Shown: piece after piece, positions 11,961 through 22,966 of the stretch
Layout of the letters: each line of letters begins with the position of its first letter
Numbering within the stretch: position 1 is the stretch's first letter
Assembly (NCBI GenBank): GCA_028023455.1
Contig: JAQFVV010000003.1
Coordinates: 28,706,001-28,770,000 of the forward strand
Source of the DNA: Epiperipatus broadwayi
Taxonomy: Eukaryota; Animalia; Onychophora
Direction: 5' to 3'
DNA: 64,000 nucleotides
Position numbers and translations under genes: made by a program
The notes under the pieces: generated by a model
Databases searched by the model: none
The model's input: the letters and a program-made list of their open reading frames with translations, nothing else
What the model was told of the DNA's origin: nothing

Positions 11961-12664
11961 ATGGCGGCTTCCATATTACAAAGAAATATTCCTTATATTA
12001 AACAGCAAATCACAGCTGCTTTTGGTAATAGTAGTGTCGTATTAAAGTTTTTTTGTATAACAATATTTTCTTGTTACTTTTTATCGTTTGCACCAAGTGC
12101 TGTTGATGTTATTAGTGTTACACCCGGTTATGTTCTACCTCCTAGTTTTTGGATTTGGACCATTTTTACTTACTGCTTCCTGGAGATACACATTTGGGTT
12201 GTGTTTGTAGATATTGTTGTAGTTGTTTTATGTGGAAAATTAATAGAACCGTTATGGGGAGCAATGGAAATGTTAACATTTTTTGCGGTGGTTAATATAG
12301 GAGTTGCGATATTGTCGACGATATTTTATTTAATTGTTTATATGATTGCTATGGATATTGAATATTTATTCCAAGTTCATATTCATGGGTTGACTGGATA
12401 TGTTGCTGGAGTTTGTGTAGCAGTAAAACAAATAATGCCTGATCATGTTTTATTAGTTTTACCTATCGGGAAATTGCGGAATCGACACATTCCGCTTTTG
12501 TTAATGTTTATAGCCATTTTATTTGGATTGATTGGATTAATAGATGATGTTTATCCATGCATGTTTACAGCTGGAATGTTTTGTAGCTGGATTTACCTGC
12601 GATTTTATCAGAGACATTCCAATGGATCCAAAGGCGATTTAGCAGATAATTTTACATTTGCCAG
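11961..12664 (+). CDS. TMEM115: Transmembrane protein 115 (rhomboid-like Golgi protein), first coding exon
   Basis: ATG at 11961 gives MAASILQRNIPYIKQQ...VTPGYVLPP.FWIWT...GKLIEPLWGA.EML.FF...KQIMPD...W.YLRFYQRHSNGSKGDLADNFTFA, recognisable as TMEM115. Similarity stops at GCCAG|GT (12664/12665), a likely phase-2 donor. The C-terminal exon(s) were not found. Confidence 0.92.
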
Positions 12665-12937
12665 GTCATTATTTATTTTAATGATATGTAATTAATATAA
12701 TTATTATTTACGTAATTATTTATTTATCTCTTTATGTTATGTACATATATATGTACGTTTACATATAAATATATGAGAGTGTATATATGTATGTAATTAA
12801 TATAATTAATTTTGTATTTAACTATCTGTTTTTATGCTTTGTACATATATATATATATATGTTTACATTTAGAGTATTTGAATACAAGTATATTGTCTAT
12901 ATTGAACTTAATATAATTAGAAGAAATTTGAACTCAG

Positions 12938-13019
12938 ACTTTCAACCTATCAACAGCTATTAACTCTATCTTATAGAAACTTTCAACCTATCAACAGCTA
13001 TTAACTCTATCTTATAGAA
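12938..13019. repeat. 41-bp tandem duplication
   Basis: ACTTTCAACCTATCAACAGCTATTAACTCTATCTTATAGAA occurs at 12938 and 12979. Confidence 0.9.
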
Positions 13020-13886
13020 CCAATACGCATGATTACATATGCACAGAGGCAAAATTCTCCATACAGTAATGCCACTCAGTGCAAGCCAGAGTAATCAATG
13101 GATGAAGGAAGGTTTGTGCATAAAAGTCCTATCTAGTGCCTACTCATCCAATATCGCAAACTAGTTTTTACTTGTGGCTTTCATTAGTGAGTAGTCTTGG
13201 ATCTGAGAGCAGTGCACCTAGATCTTAGGATATAATGCAACTCTCCAGCTGCCCAGTGCTCTCGGATCCTAGGCTCCTCACTGATAAAAGCCACAAGATA
13301 GAAACTAGTCTAGGCATATTGGATGAGTAGGTATTAGATAGAGCTTTTATGCCAAACCTTCCTGCATCCATTGAATACTCTGACTTGCACTGAGTGGCAC
13401 TATTGTATGGAGAGTTTTGCCTTCATGTAAACTGCTTGTGTTAAGCATAAAGAATGATGATCATGTGATATTTAGTGGTTTAATACCAATCCTGCCCAAT
13501 AGGGTTATGGTGACTGTGTTTATTAAAGAACGAAAGACACCCAGAAATATGGATTCTGAACTGAGTTCAGATCTATATGACTATACATGCTAATGAGCTT
13601 GAATTGAAAATATTGTGTTTTCATTTTGGACTCAGGGCTTTATAGTTAGGTAATAAGATAAAAGGTGGCTGCTGGAGGGTTGCATTAATCTAGGTGTTAA
13701 AATAGGCAAAACTCTCTCATACAGTAGTACCACTCTAAGCAAGACAGAGTAATCAATGGATGCCAGAAGGCTTATACATAAAATACCTGTCTAGTGCCTA
13801 CTCATCCAATATCCCCAACTAGTTTCTGGCTTATGGCCTTCGTCAGTGAGGAGCCTTGGATCTGAGAGCACTGCACCTGCTCTCAG

Positions 13887-13945
13887 ATCCAAGGCTCCTC
13901 ACTGACGAAGGCCATAAGCCAGAAACTAGTTTGAGGATATTGGAT
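13887..13945 (+). ncRNA. Type I hammerhead motif, family 1, intact; predicted cleavage after GUU at 13931
   Basis: ATCCAA-GGC-TCCTCA / CTGACGA / A-GGC-CATAA-GCC-A / GAAAC-TA-GTT / TGAGGA-TA-TTGGAT, with a fully Watson-Crick proximal stem I. Confidence 0.85.
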
Positions 13946-13970
13946 GAGTAGGCAGGTGCAGTGCTCTCAG

Positions 13971-14029
13971 ATCCAAGGCTCCTCACTGACGAAGGCCATA
14001 AGCCAGAAACTAGTTTGGGGATATTGGAT
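13971..14029 (+). ncRNA. Type I hammerhead motif, family 1, intact; predicted cleavage after 14015
   Basis: Same fold exactly 84 nt downstream of the previous motif (CTGACGA at 13902 and 13986), with stem I TCCTCA/TGGGGA. Confidence 0.85.
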
Positions 14030-15344
14030 GAGTAGGCACTAGATAGGGATTTTATGCACAAGCCTTCTGGCATTCTTTGATTACTCTGTCTTGCTTAGAG
14101 TGGCACTACTGTATGGAGAGAGTTTTGCCCATTTTAACAACAATTATGAGCAAGCATGGAAGATAGTGATCATGTGATGTTTTACAGTTTAAAATCTAGG
14201 TGCAGTGTTCTCAGATTCAAGGCTCCTCACTGATGAAAGCCACAAGCTAGAAACTAGTTAAGGGATATTGGATGAGTAGGCACTAGATAGGGCTTTTATG
14301 CACACACGTTCCTGCATCCATTGATTACTTTGGCTTGGACTGAGTGACGCTAGCATGTGTATGTATCTGAATGGGGATCATGTGATATTTAGTGACCATG
14401 TACATGTGAAAAAGACAAAGCTCCCATATATGTATTTCATGCTGAACCAAGCACTCATCAATTGATCCAAATCATCATCTCCCACACACATAATATAGTC
14501 AATGCTCAGTTTATGTTAAGATAGCAAATCTTAAAACTTTAATGGACAGGTTTCAATCTTCACCCTTCCATGATGAAGAGATTGAAGCCTGTCCATTAAA
14601 GTTTGAAGATTTGCTATTTTAATATAAACTGAGCATTGATTATATATGTGTAGGAGATGATGATCTGGACCAATTGATGAATGTTGATTCAGCATGAAAT
14701 TCGTATATTGCAGATAATTGTATGTAGTCACATGTATCAGTTGTAGAAGATGGAGTGAATAGCTATAGAAACTTGAAAGTCTGAGTGTATATATATATAT
14801 ATTTATACACATTGCTTGTTATATATATTCACACACCCACATACTACATACTGAGAATATAAGTTAAAATATATATTACAATATATATACAATATTTTTT
14901 TTCTTTCCTATTCAAATTTGCAATTTATTTAGTATTATTAATAGTTTTGTAAACAGTATATATTGTTTAGATTTTTTAGCTACTTTTTGTTATAATAAGT
15001 GTGAAATACTGTTTGCAAAGCTGTAATAAAGTTTAATCCTAAATATGCAAGACACTATTAAAACAAAATGATTACATTTATGAATGTGTACAATATACAT
15101 ATTTGGATGTATGTGTACATAAAGCCATCCACTAAAAAAGCTTATTTTATGACAAAAGAGCATTAGTCATGCATCTAAAATGCACTGTCATTCTTAATGA
15201 AATTTTCATACATATGTGCTAACAATAAAATAAATGCATAATTCTGTATAATAATTAGAGAAAATTATCCAGCAATGATATTACCAAGCAACTAACAATG
15301 AAGTGCTTTCCTGAAGGTTTGTGATGATGGTGTTTTACTTGTGT

Positions 15345-15470
15345 TTTTATATTGTACTATTTCCTCATCTAATATGAGTATTGAATGTCTTTAGAAAATT
15401 ACTTTAAAGTTAAATTTTTCTAAAGACATTCAATTCTCATATTAGATGATGGAAATAATCCAATATAAAA
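15345..15470. repeat. ~125-bp imperfect fold-back palindrome
   Basis: ttttatattg..tatttcc.tcatctaatatgag.attgaatgtctttagaaaa pairs with ttttctaaagacattcaat.ctcatattagatga.ggaaata..caatataaaa. Confidence 0.85.
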
Positions 15471-16099
15471 TACAATCAACAATGAACATTGTTAGTTTTA
15501 AGTTGAATCACTTACTATTAGTTTTTTTGGCTGAATTTTACTAGGAAATAAAGATGGTACACCTTTATTTTAGTGCTTAAAATGTTTTATATATAGTTAA
15601 ATCAGATTTTTTGTATATGAGATTTAGAAGATTTACATTTTTCTCTGAAATCCCAATAATAACTAATTTTTTCTTAAGTTGTATATTTGTATATGTTAAA
15701 TATTTTCACAGATGATCGAGATGAAACAATAAGTTACTCACTTCTATTGTATATATTTTAAGTATCCTAAAAATATTATATATATATATATGTGCACATA
15801 CTATATATTGAGATAGAGTTGTTACTAGAAAAGATAATTAATGGAAAGTTGAAGTATTTATCACATAGGATGTTTTGATCAGGCCACAATTGGGTAGGCA
15901 AAGATAACTGGCTCAAGTTTATAATGGCCTATTGACCCAATCATAAACTATGATGAGCATTTTGAGGGAATTATGAGCTTAAAGCCTACTGCTGACAATG
16001 TTAACTCCAAGATAGTAATATTTCCTGCTCCTCATACGGATATAACCCATGATACCTAAGATTGCTAGAATATATTGAAACAGAATGAGTCCTCGGCTT

Positions 16100-19000
16100 A
16101 CATAGTGGTGTATTTAATAGGCCATCAGAGTGGATGAGAAAGTATATCTAGGTTTCCTAAATTTCTAGACTCATAACCAACTGGTGATAGGAGACCAGAA
16201 AAGTGGCAGGAATTAAACAAAGCAATTGAAAATGAGGAGCTTGAGGTATTATCAGTAGTGGAAACACATCTAAGAGAAAAAGAAGAACCTGTTTTGGAAG
16301 ATTTGGTATGGCAGGGTATAAATAGAAAAGAGAAAGAAAAAAAGGATGGTGGTATAGGTGTTATATCAAAAAAATATTTAAATACTGTTAAATGCCAAGA
16401 ACGTTTGTGGTTTGACATCAGGTTGGGAAAACAAGAATGGATGGTGGCTATAGTTTGTATAGCTGCTGGAAATAGTCAAACTATAATGGAGTGGAACAAT
16501 AGCATATATGAGTGCCTAGTTAAGGATATACAGAGTTTTAAAGAAAAGGGGAAGAGAATAATGTTTATAGGAAATATGAATGGGCATATTGAAGAAATTG
16601 ATGATGTAAACAATAAGAATGGACAGCTTTTGAAGAAATTTTGTCAGAGAGTAAATTTGAGCATTGGAAACTTATCTAATATTTATGAGGGACAATATAC
16701 ATGGTTTAGGAATAATATATCCCATACAATAGATTATATATTGGTAGAGAAAGAGGGAATGAATAAAATACGGAAAATTAAGATGTTTGATAATGAAGAG
16801 AGAGTATGTAATAGTGGTCATAATTTTGTTGTAATTGAAATGGTTAGTAATGTGATGGAAAATAGAAATAAAAGTAGAAACAATAGTGAAAGATGTGCAT
16901 GGAGAGTGAATGATAAGAATAAGTTAGAAGAGTATAAAATACAAGTTGAAGAAACCATGGAAGAGTTGATTGGAAATGAGTATGAGGACTGGTGTGATGA
17001 AATAGAAAAAGTCGCAAATAGGGTTTTAGGTGAGAATATTCAGAAGAATAAAAGTAATAGAAAAATGAGAGTTAGTAAAAGTGTAAAAGATATGAAAAAA
17101 ACATGCAGAGAATATAAGTGTGCTATTAAGAACAAAGAAAGTGAAAAAGATAATGCTAAATGGGAAAAGTACTTAGAAAAGAAGAAGTTAGCCAAAATAG
17201 ATAATTATATAGAGAGAATGAAACTAAATAGTAAATTATTGGATGATATTAATAAAAGTGGAAGAGATGGGAGTAAAAAATTTTGGAATTACATTAAAAG
17301 GATAAATTTAGCGGAGAGAGAGAGAGAGTATTACTGGATGAGGAGGGAATAGAGTGTAGCTCTAGAGAAGAATTAGAGAGAATATTGAATAGTTATGTAA
17401 TGGATATAGAAAAGATGTTAGATGTGAAGGACAGAGGGATAGAAAATATGAAAGCATATAGTAATGGGAATATTACATTTACAGAAAATGAACTGAATGA
17501 AGCCGGGAAGGAATTGAGAAGTGGTAAGGCAAGAGGATTAGATGGATGGGTAGCAGAAATGGTAATGAATTTGGGGCATAGGGCAAAAGTAAAGTTACCA
17601 TTATGTTTTAATAAGATGACACAGAAGAGAGTTTTTCTGGGTAGTTGGACTAATACAAGAATAAGATTATTATTTAAAGGAAAGGGTAAGGATTGTAGAA
17701 AGTTAAATAATTATAGACCGATAGCGGTAACATCAGTTTTATATAAAGTTTTTTCATATATGGTGGGAGTTGCAAAATGGATGGAAGAAAATAATGTAGT
17801 GGGGGAAATGCAAGGAGGTTTTAGGTCAGATGGGCATATAGGAGATAGTCTATTTATAGTTACACAACTTATAGATATGAGTAGAAATTCAGGTAGACTG
17901 TTATATATGAGTTTTATAGATATAGACAAGGCATATGATAGAGTGAATAGAAATAGATTATGGATAAGTTTAGCAAATCTGGAAATGGATGAAACTTTAG
18001 TGGGTGTTATTAAGAAATTATATGAAAATAATTACTATATATATCAATTAGGGGATATAGAATCAGTTAAAGTTAAAAATGGGATGGGACTGAGGCAAGG
18101 ATGCTCTATGTCATCTATTTTGTTTGTGTTGTATTTGAGTGAAATGGAAAGAGCAATAGAAAGTCTAGGAGGAGGGATAGAGATACCGTTAATAGGTGGC
18201 AAGAGAGTATATACATTGTCGAGTCTTTTTTTTGCGGATGATGTCTTTTTGTGTGCAGAAAGAAGAGAAGATATGGAAGTTATGCTGAGGACATGCGCAA
18301 GGGTAGGTAAAGATATGGGGATTAAATTTAGTGAAGAAAAATCAAATACAATGATGGTGAATACTGGGGAAAGAGAAGACGGAGATTTCTTATTGGGGGA
18401 TATAAAGTTAAGTGTGGTGAATAGATATAGTTATTTGGGAATCATCTTGAGTAATAAGAAAAATCGCTAGGATGAATGGGAGAAAAAATTGATAAATGAA
18501 GCAAAGAAAAGAAAGGGATTGATAGAGAAATTAACAGTGTTTTCATATAATAAATATGATTAGCTAGAATTGTATGGGAGTGGCAATAGAGGGTTAACAT
18601 ACGGCAATGATGCATTATGTGTTAGTAAAGGGGTATTAGATTGCTTAGAAAAAGTACAAAGGGAAGTAGGAAGACATGCATTAGATGTTGAGGTGTGGAC
18701 AGCAAAAGAGGCAATTCAAGGAGAAATGGGATGGTCAAGTTTTTATATGAGGGATGCAAAAAGCAAATTGAAAATGTTCGGTAGATTGCAGTTTATGGAT
18801 AATAAAAGAATAGCCAAAATAGTATTTAATTGGGTTACAAGTAAAGGGCAAGCAACACGATGGGTGAGAAAGGTAGTGTGGTATGCAGAAGATTTGGATA
18901 AAGAAGTTATGTCAGTATACTTGTACAAAAGATGGGATGATTGTGTTAGGAGGATTGTTGAGTGTTATAGTGGGAAGAAGTGGGATAGAAGAATAGATGC

Positions 19001-19564
19001 ATTAATAAAGAATAGGGAGTTGGAGAGATGGTTAACTAGTATGGAGAGTAAAACGAGTTTAAATATATATAGAAGTAAACGGAACATTGGGTGTGAGTTA
19101 ATTTATGGTAATAGTAAGCAAAGTAGTTTATTGTTTGAGGCTCGAATGGGATCTTTCGCAACAAGGGAATATACACGTAAATGGAAAAATATGGGTGATT
19201 TAGTCTGCAAGGTGTGTAAGGAAGGCATAGAAAATATTAGGCATCTGTTACTTCAATGTAAATGTTTGGAAGCAGAAAGGGTACAAATAATGAAGTTATG
19301 GAAGGTTAAATATGAACAAAGTGATTATACAGAAAGTGAGTTATTGGTTTTTATGCTAGGTTTGGGAAAAAATAAGGGGGATTTAGATATGAAGGTCATG
19401 GAGTTGACAAAGATTATGTTGTGGAAATGGGATGGAGCAGATTATGGGAAAACTTAGGGTGGACAATGGAAAAGGAAGGTAAAGTGGCTAACTGGTTTCT
19501 CAGGGCATAGCTGCTGAGAGATTGCTGACTCCGTTTAAGGAGAAGTCACAGTACATCACATCAC
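16100..19564 (+). mobile_element. Non-LTR retrotransposon (APE-RT LINE), copy B; near-complete ORF2, 5'-truncated, boundary approximate
   Basis: APE motifs (LGFLN ~16150, VVETHL, IGNMNGH, TIDYIL, SGHN), RT motifs (YRPIAV, QGGFR, FIDIDKAYDRV, GLRQGC, FFADD), a C-terminal CxxC-x8-H-x4-C knuckle (CKVCKEGIENIRHLLLQC) and a CATCACATCAC tail. Confidence 0.95.
16135..19457 (+). pseudogene. Disrupted ORF2 (endonuclease + reverse transcriptase + zinc knuckle) of LINE copy B
   Basis: Three consecutive ORF pieces (16258-17352, 17385-18470, 18570-19457) are separated by stops and frameshifts. Confidence 0.9.
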
Positions 19565-19949
19565 TTGTGAATTATATAGTATAATATCTTGAGAAGGTCT
19601 CAATGAAGATGAAAGCCGATTTGATAAATATTTAAATATACTTATTAATAGTTGTTTATTTCAATCTTGTTTGATTGATTATTTATTTATGTGTTTGTGA
19701 CCAACATTATGGATAAATAAATTATATTGGATATTTGACCATCATAATGATGTCATATTTAGATTTATGTGACAATGCAAGTAATCGAATGTTAATTAAT
19801 GGTATGGATTGTAAGTGCATTCGTACCCTTCATTTGTACAGTTTGGATAGCAGGATTCTAACTTCTATTTTATCATAAAGCACAATAATTATTATCTAAT
19901 TTATAGTGGTGGGAAATGTTCATTAAAGTTCCTGATATAGCTATAAATA

Positions 19950-20130
19950 TTGAATTGATTAATGGTCACAAGTTTATTTCAGTTTCTCTGATCCATAGCT
20001 TCACTCATCATTCCAGAAAATTTTCTATCTCATGTATTCATCTTACACATGATCTCTTTCTAGGTATTTTTTAATTGCCCATCCATATCATTTCTTCTGG
20101 AAGCATTTATACATCAAGGCAAAATATATT
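19950..20130 (-). mobile_element. Degenerate RTE-clade LINE 3' fragment
   Basis: Minus strand aaaatacctagaaagagatcatgtgtaagatg...gaagctatggatcagaga aligns by eye with the KRPRKRPHVRW...REA.D region of 37663-37926. Confidence 0.45.
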
Positions 20131-22138
20131 CACAGACCTTAATTACCCACATACACAGTCACTATTCATATGAATGTATTTACTAATATTATTCATATGT
20201 TTTAGAACTAAATTATGAAAAGGCCTTTAAATTATCACAATTAAATTTTTTTTTAAAACTTAATTGTGAATACATATGCATAAAAAAAAAGATATAATAA
20301 TTAAATTAGTATGTACACACATTTGGAAAACAAACAAAAAAAAAATCATTAAATATTTGTAAACTAAAATGCTTAGTGATATGAGACCATGATGAATTTG
20401 CACCAGTATGATTGAATAATCATCTGTCAGCACAATATTAACTATAGAACGTAAATTTTAATTTTGTTCTCTACTGGTGTTCTATAATTTAGTATTTTTT
20501 AAAGATATTTGATAAAGGTAAATGATCTCCAAAATGTATTTCATTCTGAATCAGCTCTCATATCTTTATTTTACAGTACTTGTTCAGGATTTATCAATAT
20601 CAAATTATACAATCTGTTGGGAAAATGCCAAACTTACTGCACACACAACTGTCACACCATTCTTCCCAGATAAATAAACACCTTAATGATTATTACTAAT
20701 CATTTTTCTAGTCTAAAAGTGGTTAGTAATAATTGTTCAGATATTTATCTAAAGAGAATGGTATTATAGTTGTTTGGGCAGTAATTTTGACACTTATACA
20801 ATTAATTATAAAGAATTTATTAACAATAAGAACAATAAGCAACCATTTGTAAATGAGTATGGTCAATTCTATTCCAAGATAAAAAAAAGGAGAGAAAAAA
20901 ACTGCTCTAGAAATGAGTTTTGTGATTATTATACAAACCAAATAACTACCAATAATGCTACATTTTTCTATTTATTTGATATTTTAGATGTCTTTTAATT
21001 TCTTCAGTAGAAATTTTTTTTTCTGAAATACTTTAACAGTAGTAATAAATATTTGTATTACAAAAATTAATTAAACATCAATTCATATTTAATAATGTTC
21101 TTTTTAAATTATGGCAAAAATTTTTTTTCTTGTCATTAAAAAGCAATTTGTTTTGTTTTTGAAAAGGTTCGCCAAAAATTATTTCAATATATTATAGTTC
21201 AGATAAATAAATAATTTTTTAAGTCTTCAAACAAAGAATATTATTTATCTAAAAAAAATAGTAAAGAAAAATTAATTAAAAAGTAAGTAAATATTGATTT
21301 ATATAAAAAAGTTTATCAGATTAACTTTTTAATAAAAGTGCTTATGAGAAAGTAATGAAAATTACTAGTAATAAATAAATTACCATATAATAAAAATATT
21401 TGTAAGAAAATGCAGTCAATAGACTAAATATTTTCAGTGTAAAAATTACTTATTTAAAAAACCATCACCCCACTTACATACAATTTATTTTATAAATAAA
21501 ACATAATTTAAAAATGTAGTTTGAGGTAAAACAATGTCTACTAGCTCATTTACTACTTAAATCTTGACTGCTAAAACCAATTGTAATATTAATTATTATT
21601 GCAGCATTTTTAAAATTGATTTAACTAGAATGACAACATAATTTGGCTGATTACATATATATATTATTGGAAAACTAAATGCTTCAATGAAAATGAACAT
21701 TTAATAAAATTATTTTATTCATCTTTATTGATTGACATTTGATCATTCAATTTGAATCTAAGTTAGTCAAATAAAAAGAAAAAAACTTTTATTTACTAAT
21801 CATAGTCACATTTATGTAAGGCTGAAAATTTCAAATCTTCATAACTAAAATTAATACTCTTATTATTAATTAATGGCAAAGTGATATTGGTTCATTTTCT
21901 GGAATTCATTCACTTAGATGATGACATTTAATATTCATGTGTTTCAAACATAAATTAAGAATGCATAGCTTTATTTGGATCTGTATGAATAATAGATGCT
22001 TCTAATTTTATATTATAATAAAATAATTCACCTTTTCTCTCTTCTTTTTTTGCTTGAGCTATATTGTAAATAACTATAATCACTTCTTATATCCACTTAA
22101 TATATGCATTTTGTTTATTGTGTCCAAATCTAAGCTGA

Positions 22139-22241
22139 CAGTTTTGATTGTTCAACATTCTTCCTCAGAGCTTTATACAGTAAAATGAAGTGAAAGCAAT
22201 TATATGAAGCTCTGAGGAAAACTGTTGACCATTCAAAACTA
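22139..22241. repeat. ~100-bp fold-back whose arms carry a decayed Penelope-type hammerhead start (GCTCTGAGGA)
   Basis: agttttgattgttcaacattcttcctcagagctt pairs with aagctctgaggaaaactgttgaccattcaaaact, and the motif resembles 34426-34459. Confidence 0.6.
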
Positions 22242-22836
22242 TCTTCTTGTATTTGAATATAATAAACAAATTGTATGTATTAAATGCTTATTGAAAATTC
22301 TTATTGAAATTTTAATTAAAATAATTACAAAATGCAGAAATTATTAGTAATATTAAAGTCTGGTTTGAAATTTGTTTTCTATGTGAGAAAATAAATTTAT
22401 TTATAGTTATAATCATTTTTTAAAAATACTCAGTATTCCAGTGAAAAGGTGATTGGTTTTCTCTCCAAACCACTTGTAGCTTTTTTGAAACAATACGTGT
22501 TACACAGTAGCTGAGTTTAGTTTATTCACCACAAAAATTTTAAGGCACTAGTGTGTCTGGATTACAAGTTACATCTTGAAATGTGATGGTATGTTTCATA
22601 TCTTTTTAGCTTCTTTAATACTTTCCATGCTATTATGAATTCTTAAAAACTATTTAAAATCATTCTTGGGATTCATGGCATGATTGTCATACATAGTTTT
22701 AATCATTTCAGTCATTTGCAGTTTCGTCCAATTAAAAAATGTTAATGCATTGTACTATCATAGAATTAAGATACAATACATTCTTGCACATTTCACGGCT
22801 AATTTATGACCCAGACACATTAACATTTAAAATTTC

Positions 22837-22966
22837 ACAGAGGCTAAACTCTCCATACAATAGCATCACCAGTGCAAGTCAAGTAACCAATGGATGCAAG
22901 AAAGTTTGGCGCTACTGTATGGAGAGTTTAGCCTCTGAAATGATGATCATGTGATATTTAGTGATC
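22837..22966. mobile_element. 130-bp family 1 mini-insertion (inverted plus 3' segment, no hammerhead)
   Basis: aggctaaactctccatac...gtatggagagtttagcct inverted ends, a tail ending gatcatgtgatatttagtg, and a 10-bp direct repeat TTAAAATTTC at 22827-22836 and 22967-22976. Confidence 0.8.

Larger units (their letters stand above)
13046..14398. mobile_element. Dense family 1 cluster of five alternating-orientation segments with six hammerhead motifs
   Basis: Segments are about 13047-13250 (-), 13251-13697 (+, circularly permuted near-full unit), 13695-13878 (-), 13879-14185 (+) and 14196-14398 (+). Cores lie at ~13185 (-, decayed), 13281 (CTGATAA), ~13840 (-, 1-nt deletion at the cleavage site), 13902, 13986 and 14230 (stem I damaged). 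Confidence 0.88.
12925..14790. mobile_element. Older family 2 ribozyme-repeat fold-back copy (12925-13045 plus 14399-14563 on -, 14575-14790 on +), split by the family 1 cluster
   Basis: Shares gaactcagactttc, acatgtgaaaa.ga, atttcatgct.aacc, ttaagatagc.aatctt.a.actttaatggacagg with 47459-48818. The arms around 14570 are inverted. Both hammerhead cores read TTGATGA. Confidence 0.75.

Noticed and set aside
12665-12695. ORF-track C-terminus RSLFILMICN as the true protein end
   Set aside because: TMEM115 continues (SFFP...LPG.DP.DAERRR). This stretch is read-through past a likely splice donor.
13879-14040. Tandem repeats as a CRISPR array
   Set aside because: There are no unique spacers and no cas genes, and the context is eukaryotic. 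The repeats are whole-unit duplications.
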